From Azolla caroliniana (Eukaryota; Plantae; Polypodiophyta), in the NCBI GenBank assembly GCA_043228905.1, contig JBHGNT010001075.1:1-12348 (forward strand): 12,348 nucleotides of DNA, in the 5' to 3' direction. The position numbers were made by a program, and so were the translations under genes. Under the pieces are notes generated by a model. That model was given only the letters and a program-made list of their open reading frames with translations, was not told the DNA's origin and did not search any database. Shown here piece by piece: positions 1 to 9,501 of this stretch. Position 1 is the stretch's first letter, and each line of letters opens with the position of its first letter.

Positions 1-745
1 ATCAATGTCCATGGGGGCCGCGCCTTGGTATTGGGCGCGTGAGTCGGTGGCTAATGGATGGGACCAACGAGGTTGGGTGCCAGATAATGTACAAACTTCG
101 ATTCATTGGGTGATGAGGATGGCGTCTTTGAATGTCTGCGAACCTTGGTCCCGAGCGCGGCGAGTGATGTCGTGGCGCAGACGAGGCCATAAGAAGAAAA
201 GCTTCATATGCTCGGGCATGGTAGGGTCAGCGCGAATGAGAAGTTGATTGAGGCGAACACCAAATTGGCCCACGGGTTCGTGTGCTTGTTGTTGCAATGT
301 TTCGAGTTGTTGTAATGCCGTTTGGGCTGAATTTTGATGGGCGAAGTTTTGTACGAGGAGATCCCGAAGGATCACCCAATTCTCGGTCACGTCGCTTGAT
401 TGTTGGACGTACCAGGTGGCGGCGACGTTTTCGAGCAGGGTACGAACTTCCAAAGTTTTGCGCTCGTTGGACCATCGATGGTAACTAGAGATCATCTCAA
501 AATGATCCAACCAAGCTAAGACATCCTCGGAAGGCAATCCGGAGAAGGACTTCGGGCGCACCTTGGAATCTGGAGAGGAAGGAGAGCATAGCTTGATTCG
601 TATGGCTGATTTGAAGCATGACGTTGGAGACGAGTTCCAAGAGCTGCTCCATTTGGAAAGGGGGAGGTCGTGCGTGAGGTTGCGAGAACTCAGGCTCCAT
701 CAGGGTATCGACGTTGGAGGCAGCGGAAGGGAATTGGGATGCCAT
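1..745 (-). pseudogene. gag: Degenerate Ty3/gypsy gag (element 1), continuing beyond the left edge
   Basis: ATG at 745 (MASQFP...QMEQLLELVSNVMLQ), frameshift near 570-590 into ORF 103-561 (RPKSFSG..EDVLAWLDHFE...WYVQ..W..L...L..NF..LQQQAHEPVGQF; retrotransposon capsid-like). Reading through the TGA at 103-105 gives IEVCTLSGTQPRWSHPLATDSRAQYQGAAPMDID, ending in the PMDID motif typical of gypsy Gag. Confidence 0.85.
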
Positions 746-774
746 GAACAATGTAGTAGTGGCTAAAATTTGAG

Positions 775-789
775 CCCGCTTCTCCACCA
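775..789 (-). other. Primer-binding site, probably for tRNA-Ala
   Basis: Minus strand TGGTGGAGAAGCGGG lies 4 nt inside the LTR end (...TTTCACA). The plus strand CCCGCTTCTCCACCA resembles the plant tRNA-Ala 3' end (CCCGCATCTCCA-CCA, recalled) with 1 mismatch. Confidence 0.7.
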
Positions 790-793
790 ATTA

Positions 794-1355
794 TGTGAAA
801 TGCACATAAAAGGAAACCAAACCAGCCTAGCTAGCTTCATACTTATCATTCAATATATAAAAGATAGAAAGAACCCATTTTGGGACGGCCTAGCTACACG
901 TGTCCCAAAATGGTGTGCTAAAAGGGTGGGCTAAAATGGGTGATGTGCTAAACGGGAGTGGCTAAAAGAGTGGTGTGTTCAAATGCATGCTCTTGCATGA
1001 AAGGGACACCACAATATGTTACGTTTGCGTATGAGTTTAATACCTTGATTTGTTGTAAAGGATATGTGTTTGGTCTCGTATGCGTAAGAGGTCAATACCT
1101 CAATTGCGTATTACGATGATCTCTTATTTGTGGATGTTTTGTGTGCGTAGAGGTATATACCTCGATTATGTATCTCAATCACATCATTTGTGTCTATTTA
1201 ATATAATGATATGTTTAATATAGGCATATGTGGTCAGGTATATACGTATTTGATCGTATATATGTGATAAGTAAACATATGTGTATATTCGTTATTACGT
1301 GATTATATCGAAAGTTGTCCTTGTCGGGAAAAGGATGTTGGTAGCCGTCCTCACA
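794..1355 (-). mobile_element. 5' LTR of gypsy element 1
   Basis: Bounded by TGTGA (794) and TCACA (1351-1355), adjacent to the PBS and upstream of gag on the minus strand; non-coding. The outer boundary is inferred only from the terminal inverted motif. Confidence 0.6.
905..978. repeat. Short degenerate tandem repeat (GCTAAAA-GGGTG-like units) inside LTR 1
   Basis: tgtgctaaaagggtgg / gctaaaatgggtga / tgtgctaaacgggagtg / gctaaaagagtggtgtg. Confidence 0.6.
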
Positions 1356-1842
1356 TTTTTGTGAGAATGGCGTTGTCACCATCCCTTTTTCAACAATTTT
1401 TTATTGTTGATGACCTCGATTTCGTTACATAAAGAAACGATTATAGCCATAATGATGTTGAGTACGTAGGGCTTGACCCACTTCAAGTGAGGTCGCTCCA
1501 ATGACACACGTATCCAACATCCCTCCCTCGTTACATGGATACGATGCCACCATGAGCTCGTTCTTACGAGAGGCATTCGTAATGACGTGACCATGTGATG
1601 GGCCACGTGGGCCTACTACGAAACGAGGGCTCATTTGGCTTGACCATTAGGTTGCCCTTTGGCATATGCCATCGTAATTACGAGACTTGAGGTTAGGTAA
1701 CGTACCAACATAGTTTTGGTAAATGAGGGTGAAATAAGGACCCTTGACATATATGTTCTTTTAAAAAAAACATATATGATCAAATGCCTCGCATATCTCT
1801 TATACGCATCAAACATTAAGAATTTGAGAAGACCTACTTACT

Positions 1843-1900
1843 TGGTTGGCTCAAGTGTCTAATGTATTTGTTCTCGAGGTCTCGAGTTCAAATATGACCA
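1843..1900 (+). other. Degenerate tRNA-like/SINE-head sequence (Pol III A and B boxes)
   Basis: A-box-like TGGCTCAAGTG (1847-1857) and B-box-like GAGTTCAAATA (1884-1894) preceded by GAGGTCTC, at tRNA-like spacing. No full cloverleaf. Confidence 0.4.
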
Positions 1901-2341
1901 AGACCATACAATATCCTTGATACATATGACTATTAACACATGTTTAGACTTAAGGTCTAAGTGCACCTCGGGGTCCTCATAATAGGACTTAAAGAGCCGA
2001 AACCACATATGTGGGCAAAGAAACATAGTTTATTCTTAACATTTTTTTCGTGTATAAACTACTCATGACGCGAACATACATGGTTGAGCCTCGGGGAGCC
2101 GCCATGAAAAAATCGATATAGAGATCAAGGAAAGACATTAAATTGTCACCCCCATGGTTTTTAAAACACCTTTGTGTTACCATAGTAACCTGATCTTGAA
2201 CCTCATCTCATACGTCTAGAGGGGTATAGACGTGAGATCATGATATCGATTAATGTTTGCCCATGATATGTTTACATCACGACATGATGTTATGACTATC
2301 TCTCTAACCTTATCCTATTTCTTTTCCAGAAATAATCTTTA

Positions 2342-3736
2342 ATGGCTAAAATTAACGACCCGATGTCATCCGCTCAAGCGGAAGGAACTCAAGGGAATCC
2401 TCCTAGACAAATATCCACTGAGATGTATTTGGCACAAATAAGCCAATACCTTAGTTTCACCGCTCAACAAATGACCGAACTTCGGCAATCTCAGAGTGCT
2501 CTTGAGGCACGTGTCATTAGTCTACAACGTGAGACTAATAGACCTTATGAGCGACAAGGTGAACCATCATTTGTCGTTAAGCCATTTACGGGAGACAAAA
2601 AGGAAAGAACCGAAGAAGCAATCTGCACATGGCTGGGACGATGTGAGTCTCATTTTGAGCTCTATCCCACGCCAGATAGTACGAAGATTGCATATGTCGA
2701 CCGAGAACTCGGGGGTAAGGCCGCCGCCTGGTGGCGTGGGCTCCGTACTATGGGGAAATTGCCCGATACCTGGACAGATTTTGTCACGGTGTCGCGAAAA
2801 TACGACGAGGATACGCGAACTTGAGGCAGGACCCCGGGGCCTCCGACCGAAGGATAATCACATGTGTGCGTTTATATTTTTAACAATTAACAGAAAGAAG
2901 AAATTTAATCATTTTCATTAACAAAGGAAAAAGAAATTACAATATGTCCCAAGATTGGGATTTAGAAGTTTTAGGTTTACTAAGATTAATAGAAAAGAAA
3001 AAAATTAGGGGTTTTGAGAGATATCGCTTCCGTAGGGAAGATTAGGATTAGGTTATATGAGTATTATGGCTTCCGTAGGGAATGTTTTTTCTTTTCTATT
3101 AATCTTAGTAAACCTAAAACTTCTAAATCCCAATCTTGGGACATATTGTAATTTCTTTTTCCTTTGTTAATGAAAATTATTAAATTTCTTCTTTCTGTTA
3201 ATTGTTAAAAATATAAACGCACACATGTGATTATCCTTCGGTCGGAGGCCCCGGGGTCCTGCCTCAAGTTCGCGTATCCTCGTCGTATTTTCGCGACAAT
3301 GGTTTTTAAGGGCCAATTTTTGCAACCTCCCTCTCGAACCGAGGCAGCACAAGCTTTAATGAACCTCTCTAGCAAGAAATTTTCCTCGCTAGAAGACTAT
3401 GTTCACCATGCTAGAACCCAAATCCAAAAATCAGGTCTAGAAGGGGACAATTGGTTGATAGCTTGTTTTGTCAATGGCATCCCCAATTCGGACTATCACT
3501 GGATATTGCATGATAAGGATCCAAAATCCTTCGAAGAGGCCATTAAAATAGTTCTTCACTATCAACGCACTTCAAAGAAGGACCACAACAAACCCAACGA
3601 AGCGCCCGGGACTAAGCAGTCGCAATTTGTTGGGAAACGCAAGACACCCAACGAATTCCTAGATCACGATTGTAAGCGACAACATCCTTTTTGCGTATTC
3701 TGGAAAAAGAAGGGTCACACAAAAGAGCAATGTTGA
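2342..3736 (+). pseudogene. gag: gag of element 2, interrupted by the 2790-3298 insertion
   Basis: ORF 2342 (VKPFTG...WL...E.HF...KIAY...L.GKAAAWW...PDTWTDFVT) joins in frame to VFKGQFLQP... at 3303 once the insertion and one TSD copy are removed. Zinc knuckle CVFWKKKGHTKEQC at 3692-3733 (CX2CX4HX4C with the 2nd Cys replaced by Trp). TGA at 3734-3736 is in frame with pol. Confidence 0.9.
2790..3298. mobile_element. 509-bp non-autonomous foldback (MITE-like) element with TG...CA ends and 4-bp TSD; Ginger-like or LTR-end-derived
   Basis: Inverted arms 2790-3003 and 3085-3298 are 213/214 identical (mismatch 2910/3178). 81-bp spacer. Flanks ACGG (2786-2789) and ATGG (3299-3302). Excision restores the gag frame. 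Confidence 0.93.
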
Positions 3737-6700
3737 AAGCTCCAACGAAAAGAGCACGATAGCAAACCTAAAGCTTCAGACCATAAAGGTCAGATTCCTA
3801 ATGTCCTTCTGGTCTATACACATCATTTAAGTAATTGTCAATGTTCTTTCCCTCACTATGTATTGGGTCCCAATGATTTACTACATGCAAACGAGTATAT
3901 CAATGGATCTCCTGTACAATTTTTATTTGATTCGGGAAGCTCACACAATTTTGTGAATGATCGTTTGGTTCAGATATGGGGAATCCAACCCACCGTAAGT
4001 GATCACACCTACACGGTGCACTTGGCTGATGGAAGAGTACAATACATCAACAGGGCGATTCATTCATTAGGAATTTCTATTGATACTTATATAGAGGAAG
4101 TAGACTTCCATGTAATGAATCTTTGTACCACCGATGTAATACTGGGTTATCCCTGGTTTTATAATAAAAACTCTTCTTTATTTATTTATTGGGTTCGCCA
4201 TTCCATTTCTTTTGTACTGAACGATTGTACACATTTTATTCAATGTATCAAAAAACAATCCCTCTCGATTGTTTCCTTGTGTTCATCAAAATCCGAGTTG
4301 TCTTGTTCTACGTTATTTTATTGTGTACTTGATCCGGACATTCACGTTTACAATATCAATAACGTCCCGGTTCAATTAACATATTTTGAACAACAACTTG
4401 ATGAAATCTTAAATTATTTTCATGATGTTTTTCCAAGTGAACTACCTAATGGGTTACCTCCTAAACGTAATATAGACCATCGTATAGATATTGTACCTGG
4501 TGTTGCACCAATAAGTATACCTCCATATCGCTTAAGTCGATCCGAAGAAGATAAGGTATCTAAGCAACTCAAGGACTATTTACGAATGGGTTATATACGT
4601 TATAGTAAATCTCCATGGGGTGCACCAGTTCTCTTGGTAAAAAAGAAAGAGGGCACATGGTGTATGTGTATTAATTACCGACGCTTGAATAAAGTGACAA
4701 TCAAGAATTCGTACCCATTGCCCCGGGCTGACGATCTAATTGACCGTCTCCAGGGAGCTCGGTATTTTACGAAACTTGAATTCCGTATTGGCTACCATCA
4801 AATACGAATAAGTGAGGACGATGTTCCTAAAACGGCATTTCGTACGCGTTATGGCCATTACGAGTTTTTGGTTATGCCTTTTGGTTTGACCAATGCTCCA
4901 GCTACTTTTCAACAAGAAATGAATGACATTTTCCGAGAACAACTTGGAAAATTTGTCGTTATTTTCTTGGATGATATTTTAGTTTATAGCCATACATTAA
5001 AAGAACATGCTAGACATGTCCGCTTCATTTTACAAACATTGCGTGACAAACAGTTTTATGCGAAGATCTCAAAATGTGAGTTCTTCAAGAAATCAATTAC
5101 TTATCTAGGACATCTCATAACCAAACGAGGAGTTGAAATTGATCCTTCTCGCATTGAGAAAATCAAGTTTTGGCCCACTCTTCGGAATATTCGAGAAGTT
5201 CGATCATTCCTTGGTTTTGTCGGGTTTTTGCAAAAGTCTCTTCGTAATTACTCCCAATTGACGACGCCATTTACTGATCTTTTAAAAGGTCAAACGTGTA
5301 AGTCTACAAAACCTATTGTGTGGAATGCTACACTAGACCTCGCCTTTAAGGAACTCAAGGACCTGGTTTGCAAGGCTCCTTCACTTCTTTTACCTGATCC
5401 TTCAAAACCTTTTGAGGTTGAAACCGATGCAAGCAATTATGCTATAGGTGTTGTCTTGTATCAAGATGGTAAACCAATAGCATTCGAGAGTAAGAAACTT
5501 GATTCTGCTCAATGTCGGTATACCGTTCAAGAAAAGGAATTATTTTCAGTTATACATGCGCTCAAAACATGGCACCATTATCTTTATGGAAATCTCTTTG
5601 TGGTAACTACGGACCACGAGTCCTTGAAATATTTTTGTGACCAACAAGACCTGAAAGGTCGTAAGGCACGATGGGTTGATCTCATCAAGGACTTTGATTT
5701 TTCCATACGATATCGTAAAGATTCCATGAACACTGTCGTTGATGCACTAAGTCGCATCCGTGAAGTTAACATGCTTAGCTTCACTGAAATAACATCAGAT
5801 CTTTATGATCACCTTCGAGGAAAGTATCATGATGACAGTTATTTTGCAAAATACTGGGCAAGAGTTGAGTCTGGAACAGACACCACCACATCCTCGAAGG
5901 AATACTTCCACATTGCTAACGGTTTGCTCTACCGTAATGGGAGGGTTTGTGTTCCAGATTTACCCGAGGTCAAAAAGAGGATTCTTTTTTAATGACATGA
6001 TGCACCCTCAACCGGGCACCCTAGAATACATCGTACACTCGTTCTCATCTCCACTCAATTTTATTGGCCTAAGATGCGTCTTGACATACATAGCTATGTG
6101 ATTAAATGTCACCAGTGTCAAGTTAACAAAGCCGAGCGACTTAAAGCCGTAGGACTTTTACATCCCTTGGACATTCCCAATAATAAGTGGGAAAGTATAT
6201 CCATGGATTTTATTGTTAGCCTTCCTCGCACCCAAAAAGGTCATGATGCCATCTGGGTTGTCGTTGATCGACTAACTAAAATGGCCAGATTTATTGCTAC
6301 TAAAACCACAGTTACATCTCCTGAATTGGCTTACCAATTCGTTGACAAATTATTTCATTTTTATGGGTTACCGATGGATATCGTGAGTGATCGAGATCCA
6401 AAGTTTACTAGTGACTTCTAGACGCAAGTCTTTAAGAAGTTAGAAACTACGTTGAGCATGAGCTCCACGGATCATCCTCAATCCGATGGACAGACAGAAC
6501 GAGTAAATCAAATTATTGAGGACATGCTTCGAGCATACGTTGGTGCAAAATCAACAAAATGGGAACGTTATCTCCCAATTTTGGAGTTTGCTTATAACAG
6601 CTCCAAGCATACGTCGACGGGATATAGTCCTTTTATGTTGATGTATGGTTTTCAGCCACGAGCTCCGATTGATGTTAATATACATCATGATGAGTTACGA

Positions 6701-7084
6701 AGTGCGCAAAACTTTCTTCGGGATATGCAAGATATGTTGCATATTGCACGAGATAATATAAAAACAGCTCAAGATAGAACGCGTTTTATGTCGATCATCA
6801 TAGGCAACCTCGTGTATTCAACCCTGGACAGAAGGTATTTTTACGTGTACCTCACAATTCTAAGACATTGTCTACGGGGTAAGTGCGCTAAGTTAGCCCC
6901 ACGGTTTTGTGAACCTTTTACAGTCCTCAAATGCATTGGGTCATCAGCCTATTGTCTCGCTCTTCCCGATGGTTTTGGAATTCATCCAGTCTTCCATGTG
7001 AGTCATCTAAAAGAACTTCTAGGTTTTGGTGACAACATAGTTACAACTGAAACTCTGGTTACTTCTGAAGATTTATCTTCGAAA

Positions 7085-7234
7085 CCACATGTACCAGAAA
7101 GAATTCTCGATGTTAAAACAAAAAAGTTACGTACTAAAGAAATCCGAGAATTTAAAATTAAATGGATGGACAAATCTATCAAAGATGCCACATGGGAACG
7201 CGAGAATACTCTAAGAACAAACTTCCCTAACTTT
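7085..7234 (+). other. Integrase C-terminal chromodomain (group II-like)
   Basis: PERILDVKTKKLRTKEIREFKIKWMDKSIKDATWERENTLRTNFPNF matches the chromovirus PE.IL...KW.....ATWE...L...FP.F pattern. Confidence 0.85.
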
Positions 7235-7257
7235 CCATTGCAAGAGTGCAATGTTTT

Positions 7258-7269
7258 AAAGAAGGGGAG
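7258..7269 (+). other. Polypurine tract of element 2
   Basis: AAAGAAGGGGAG, 2 nt before TGTTAC at 7272. Confidence 0.85.
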
Positions 7270-7271
7270 TA

Positions 7272-7731
7272 TGTTACGGGCATGACCATCTAATATCCCG
7301 TGGTGAGAATTTACCGTAGTTTTCTATACACGTGGATAAGTGTGAGGGTTAAACGAGAGTGTAAAGAAGGGGAGGATTACTTTTAATCCTCGGGATTGAG
7401 ACAACCCATTAGGTCAAGTGTGAACTTGCCTGGGGGCTTGGGTATCGCTATAAATAAGAGGCCTACCTACCCTCATTTGATGATCTTTTGACTACATCGA
7501 GACTCTGCTCTTGTGGTGGGTCAACTCTTGTAGTGAGCGCGCCAGCACCAGGTACGACTCGACGCCACGGCGGTAGTATGGGACGCCGATCGAGGCTCGA
7601 GTCCATCTCGATCCCTTCGCTCGAGGGTGGTCGGGTGGATCGGCACCCTTCTTTCTCTTTCTCCTTTCTATTTATCATTAGTTTATCCTTATCTTAAGCT
7701 TACTTTAGTACCTAGATCTCTAATAATGACA
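7272..7731 (+). mobile_element. 3' LTR of element 2 (right boundary tentative)
   Basis: Starts TGTTACGGG after the PPT. TATAAATA at 7449-7456, CT-rich tail, candidate end ...ATGACA at 7731 where the composition changes. Confidence 0.65.
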
Positions 7732-8353
7732 TTGGTCGTGGCACAAATTTCGGCAGCTCAAACACAATTACCCAACCTCCAATTGAACTGGCGTCTGTTT
7801 CCACGGCCTTTAACAACCTCCCCAACAAAAGTTGGGATGATCCGCGTCATGCGATGTTTCCTACATACATACTTAGACATCCCTTACCCAGACATCCAAG
7901 CCAACATTCGTTTTGAGCAACTCCTATTGGTGCTCCTTGACTCCCCCCTTACAAGTCCCCAACATTCAAACAGTGTCGCCACCTGTCGTAGGGTCTCACA
8001 TTTGATTTGAATAAAGACCCAACGTGCCATCAGGTGGTCAGCCTTTAGACCTGTGTCAACATACTCCCTGCCCATCCCAGTTTACATTAGTTCTGGTAGG
8101 ACCCCCCCTCTTCCTTCGTCGGCTAAAACACATCCACATGGCTCATTGGTCCCAATAAGGACTTCTTCAAAACAACCGATCAAATGCAAGAAATTCGCGT
8201 ACTTCCCCTCAACATCTGACGTCTTCGCCACCACCTTCACCATCGACCACCCCCCGATGAACCCGCAACTTTGGCCGCCGACAAACCCGCTGACGCCCCG
8301 AGCTCACCACCCACGGTGCACCCAAGAGTGTGTACTCATTAGGTTGGGGGGGA

Positions 8354-8892
8354 TCTTAAGCTCTTGGATTTTACCACGATCAGTCATGAAGAATGGTGTA
8401 TCAACAAGGACATAGTACGGCTAAATGAACTATGAAGAGCAAATGGCAAGAGGAAAAGGAGCTAATTGTCATCCAAGTGTGAAAGAGTCAAACCCTAAAT
8501 GTAAATACTATATAAACCACATTGTGGTGTCTTTGTAAGGGTTCTTCCATTTGTAAAGTTCTTTGTAGTGATTAAGAGTTTAAGCTTCAGGACTCTCTTC
8601 TCTCCTTGTAAACCTTTGAGCTTAAGAGAGATTGGTGATAGTGTTTAATAGAGAAAACATTAAGCTCTCTTCCTTGTTGGTGCTAGACTTCTTAGCAAGA
8701 GGGTAATAAAGAATATCTTTACTTCCATTATCTATGAGAGTGAACGAGAGAGAGAGTGTGAGAGAGATATAATATATTCTTAATCATTGTTTAATCGTTA
8801 ACTGTGACTTGTGAGGTTCAAATGTGAGTGACGATCATCTTCGCCCGATTCGCCATCGAAAGGGTATACACCAGTCCGAGTTCCGCACGACA
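8354..8892 (+). mobile_element. Probable LTR of another (older) retroelement
   Basis: Follows the G-run PPT-like GGGGGGGA (8346-8353). TATATAAA at 8509-8516, GA-rich tract, ends TTCCGCACGACA. The start reads TC rather than TG, so boundaries are uncertain. Confidence 0.4.
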
Positions 8893-9271
8893 TCAAGGAG
8901 GGTTTAACTCCATCGATACATAGATCTTACACAGTACCGTTGTCGTGTCGTTCGGCTCCGAATCGTTGCGTGAGTCGGGCGGGAACCACTAAGGTTTTGG
9001 ACTAGGACTCAGGAGAAAAGAAATTTCTAAGGCAATGAAGAGTATGAAATATGTTGTAAGAAAGAAAGATATGAAAAACTCGTGAATCCCACGAGTATAG
9101 TGTTTTAGTGAGTACTCAGATTAAGAGAGAAAAATAGTTAGCAAATTCGTGAATCCCACGATTATATTATATTAATCCACCCTTGTAAAATAAGCAACAA
9201 CCCCCCCATACATCTTTCTCTCCTCCTTATATAAGGATGGAAGAGGCTAAGCATAGCTTCATGCTTTTTCT

Positions 9272-9440
9272 AAAGTGTTCATGCACACTAAATGTGCATG
9301 AGTTGCCTTTTTACACTATGCTTTTATTTCCTAAATATAGTGCTCATGCTTGCTAGATGTGCACGAGTCATTTTTTATTGGTGTACATTTTTCTTATAAA
9401 TAAAGTATTCACGCATTCAAAAAAATGCATGACTTACCTT
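9272..9440. repeat. Three degenerate repeats at 65-bp period, each with an internal hairpin
   Basis: aaagtgttcatgcacactaaatgtgcatgagt (9272), atagtgctcatgcttgctagatgtgcacgagt (9337), aaagtattcacgcattcaaaaaaatgcatgact (9402). Confidence 0.7.
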
Positions 9441-9501
9441 TTAATAAAGGTAGGCGTAAATAAAGGTCTTATATATATTAAATCTATATTTAGAACACCT
9501 A

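Larger units (their letters stand above)
3737..7285 (+). pseudogene. pol: pol of element 2: aspartic protease, reverse transcriptase, RNase H, integrase, chromodomain
   Basis: [13 protein letters not shown] (D at 3929). [29 protein letters not shown] and FLDD (4964-4975). RH VETDAS/EKEL/TDH/DALSR. IN HHCC remnant plus SMDF, SDRD, GQTERVN, then a GPF-like motif and HPVFHVS. In-frame stops at 5990-5995 (TAA TGA) and 6419-6421; paired frameshifts at ~6784 and ~6879. Confidence 0.95.
2342..7731 (+). mobile_element. Ty3/gypsy chromovirus LTR retrotransposon (element 2), defective, 5' LTR not found
   Basis: Domain order gag-PR-RT-RH-IN-chromodomain, then PPT and a TG-initiated 3' LTR. Confidence 0.93.

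Noticed and set aside
1583-1614. G-box/TGACG/TGGGCC cluster as a host promoter
   Set aside because: Short motifs with no associated gene; at most LTR-internal cis-elements.
2206-2237. Hairpin TCTCATACGTCTA-GAGGGGTA-TAGACGTGAGA as a Helitron 3' end
   Set aside because: No CTRR terminus at the expected distance downstream, and no other Helitron evidence.
2279-2296. ACGACA-TGATGTTATGAC as the 5' LTR end plus PBS (or self-priming site) of element 2
   Set aside because: No upstream homology to the 3' LTR, and no convincing complementarity to a tRNA or to the LTR R region.
3005-3055. Telomere-like TTAGGG/TTAGG motifs in the foldback spacer
   Set aside because: Only scattered imperfect copies, not a tandem telomeric array.
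2496-3352. ORFs 2496-2921(+) and 3167-3352(-) sharing the peptide CRENTTRIRELEAGPRG...
   Set aside because: An artefact of the inverted repeat being translated on both strands; no evidence for a protein.
4736-7251. Antisense or alternate-frame ORFs within pol (4736-4942, 5584-5784, 5805-6101, 7003-7251)
   Set aside because: Short shadow ORFs of pol with no motifs.
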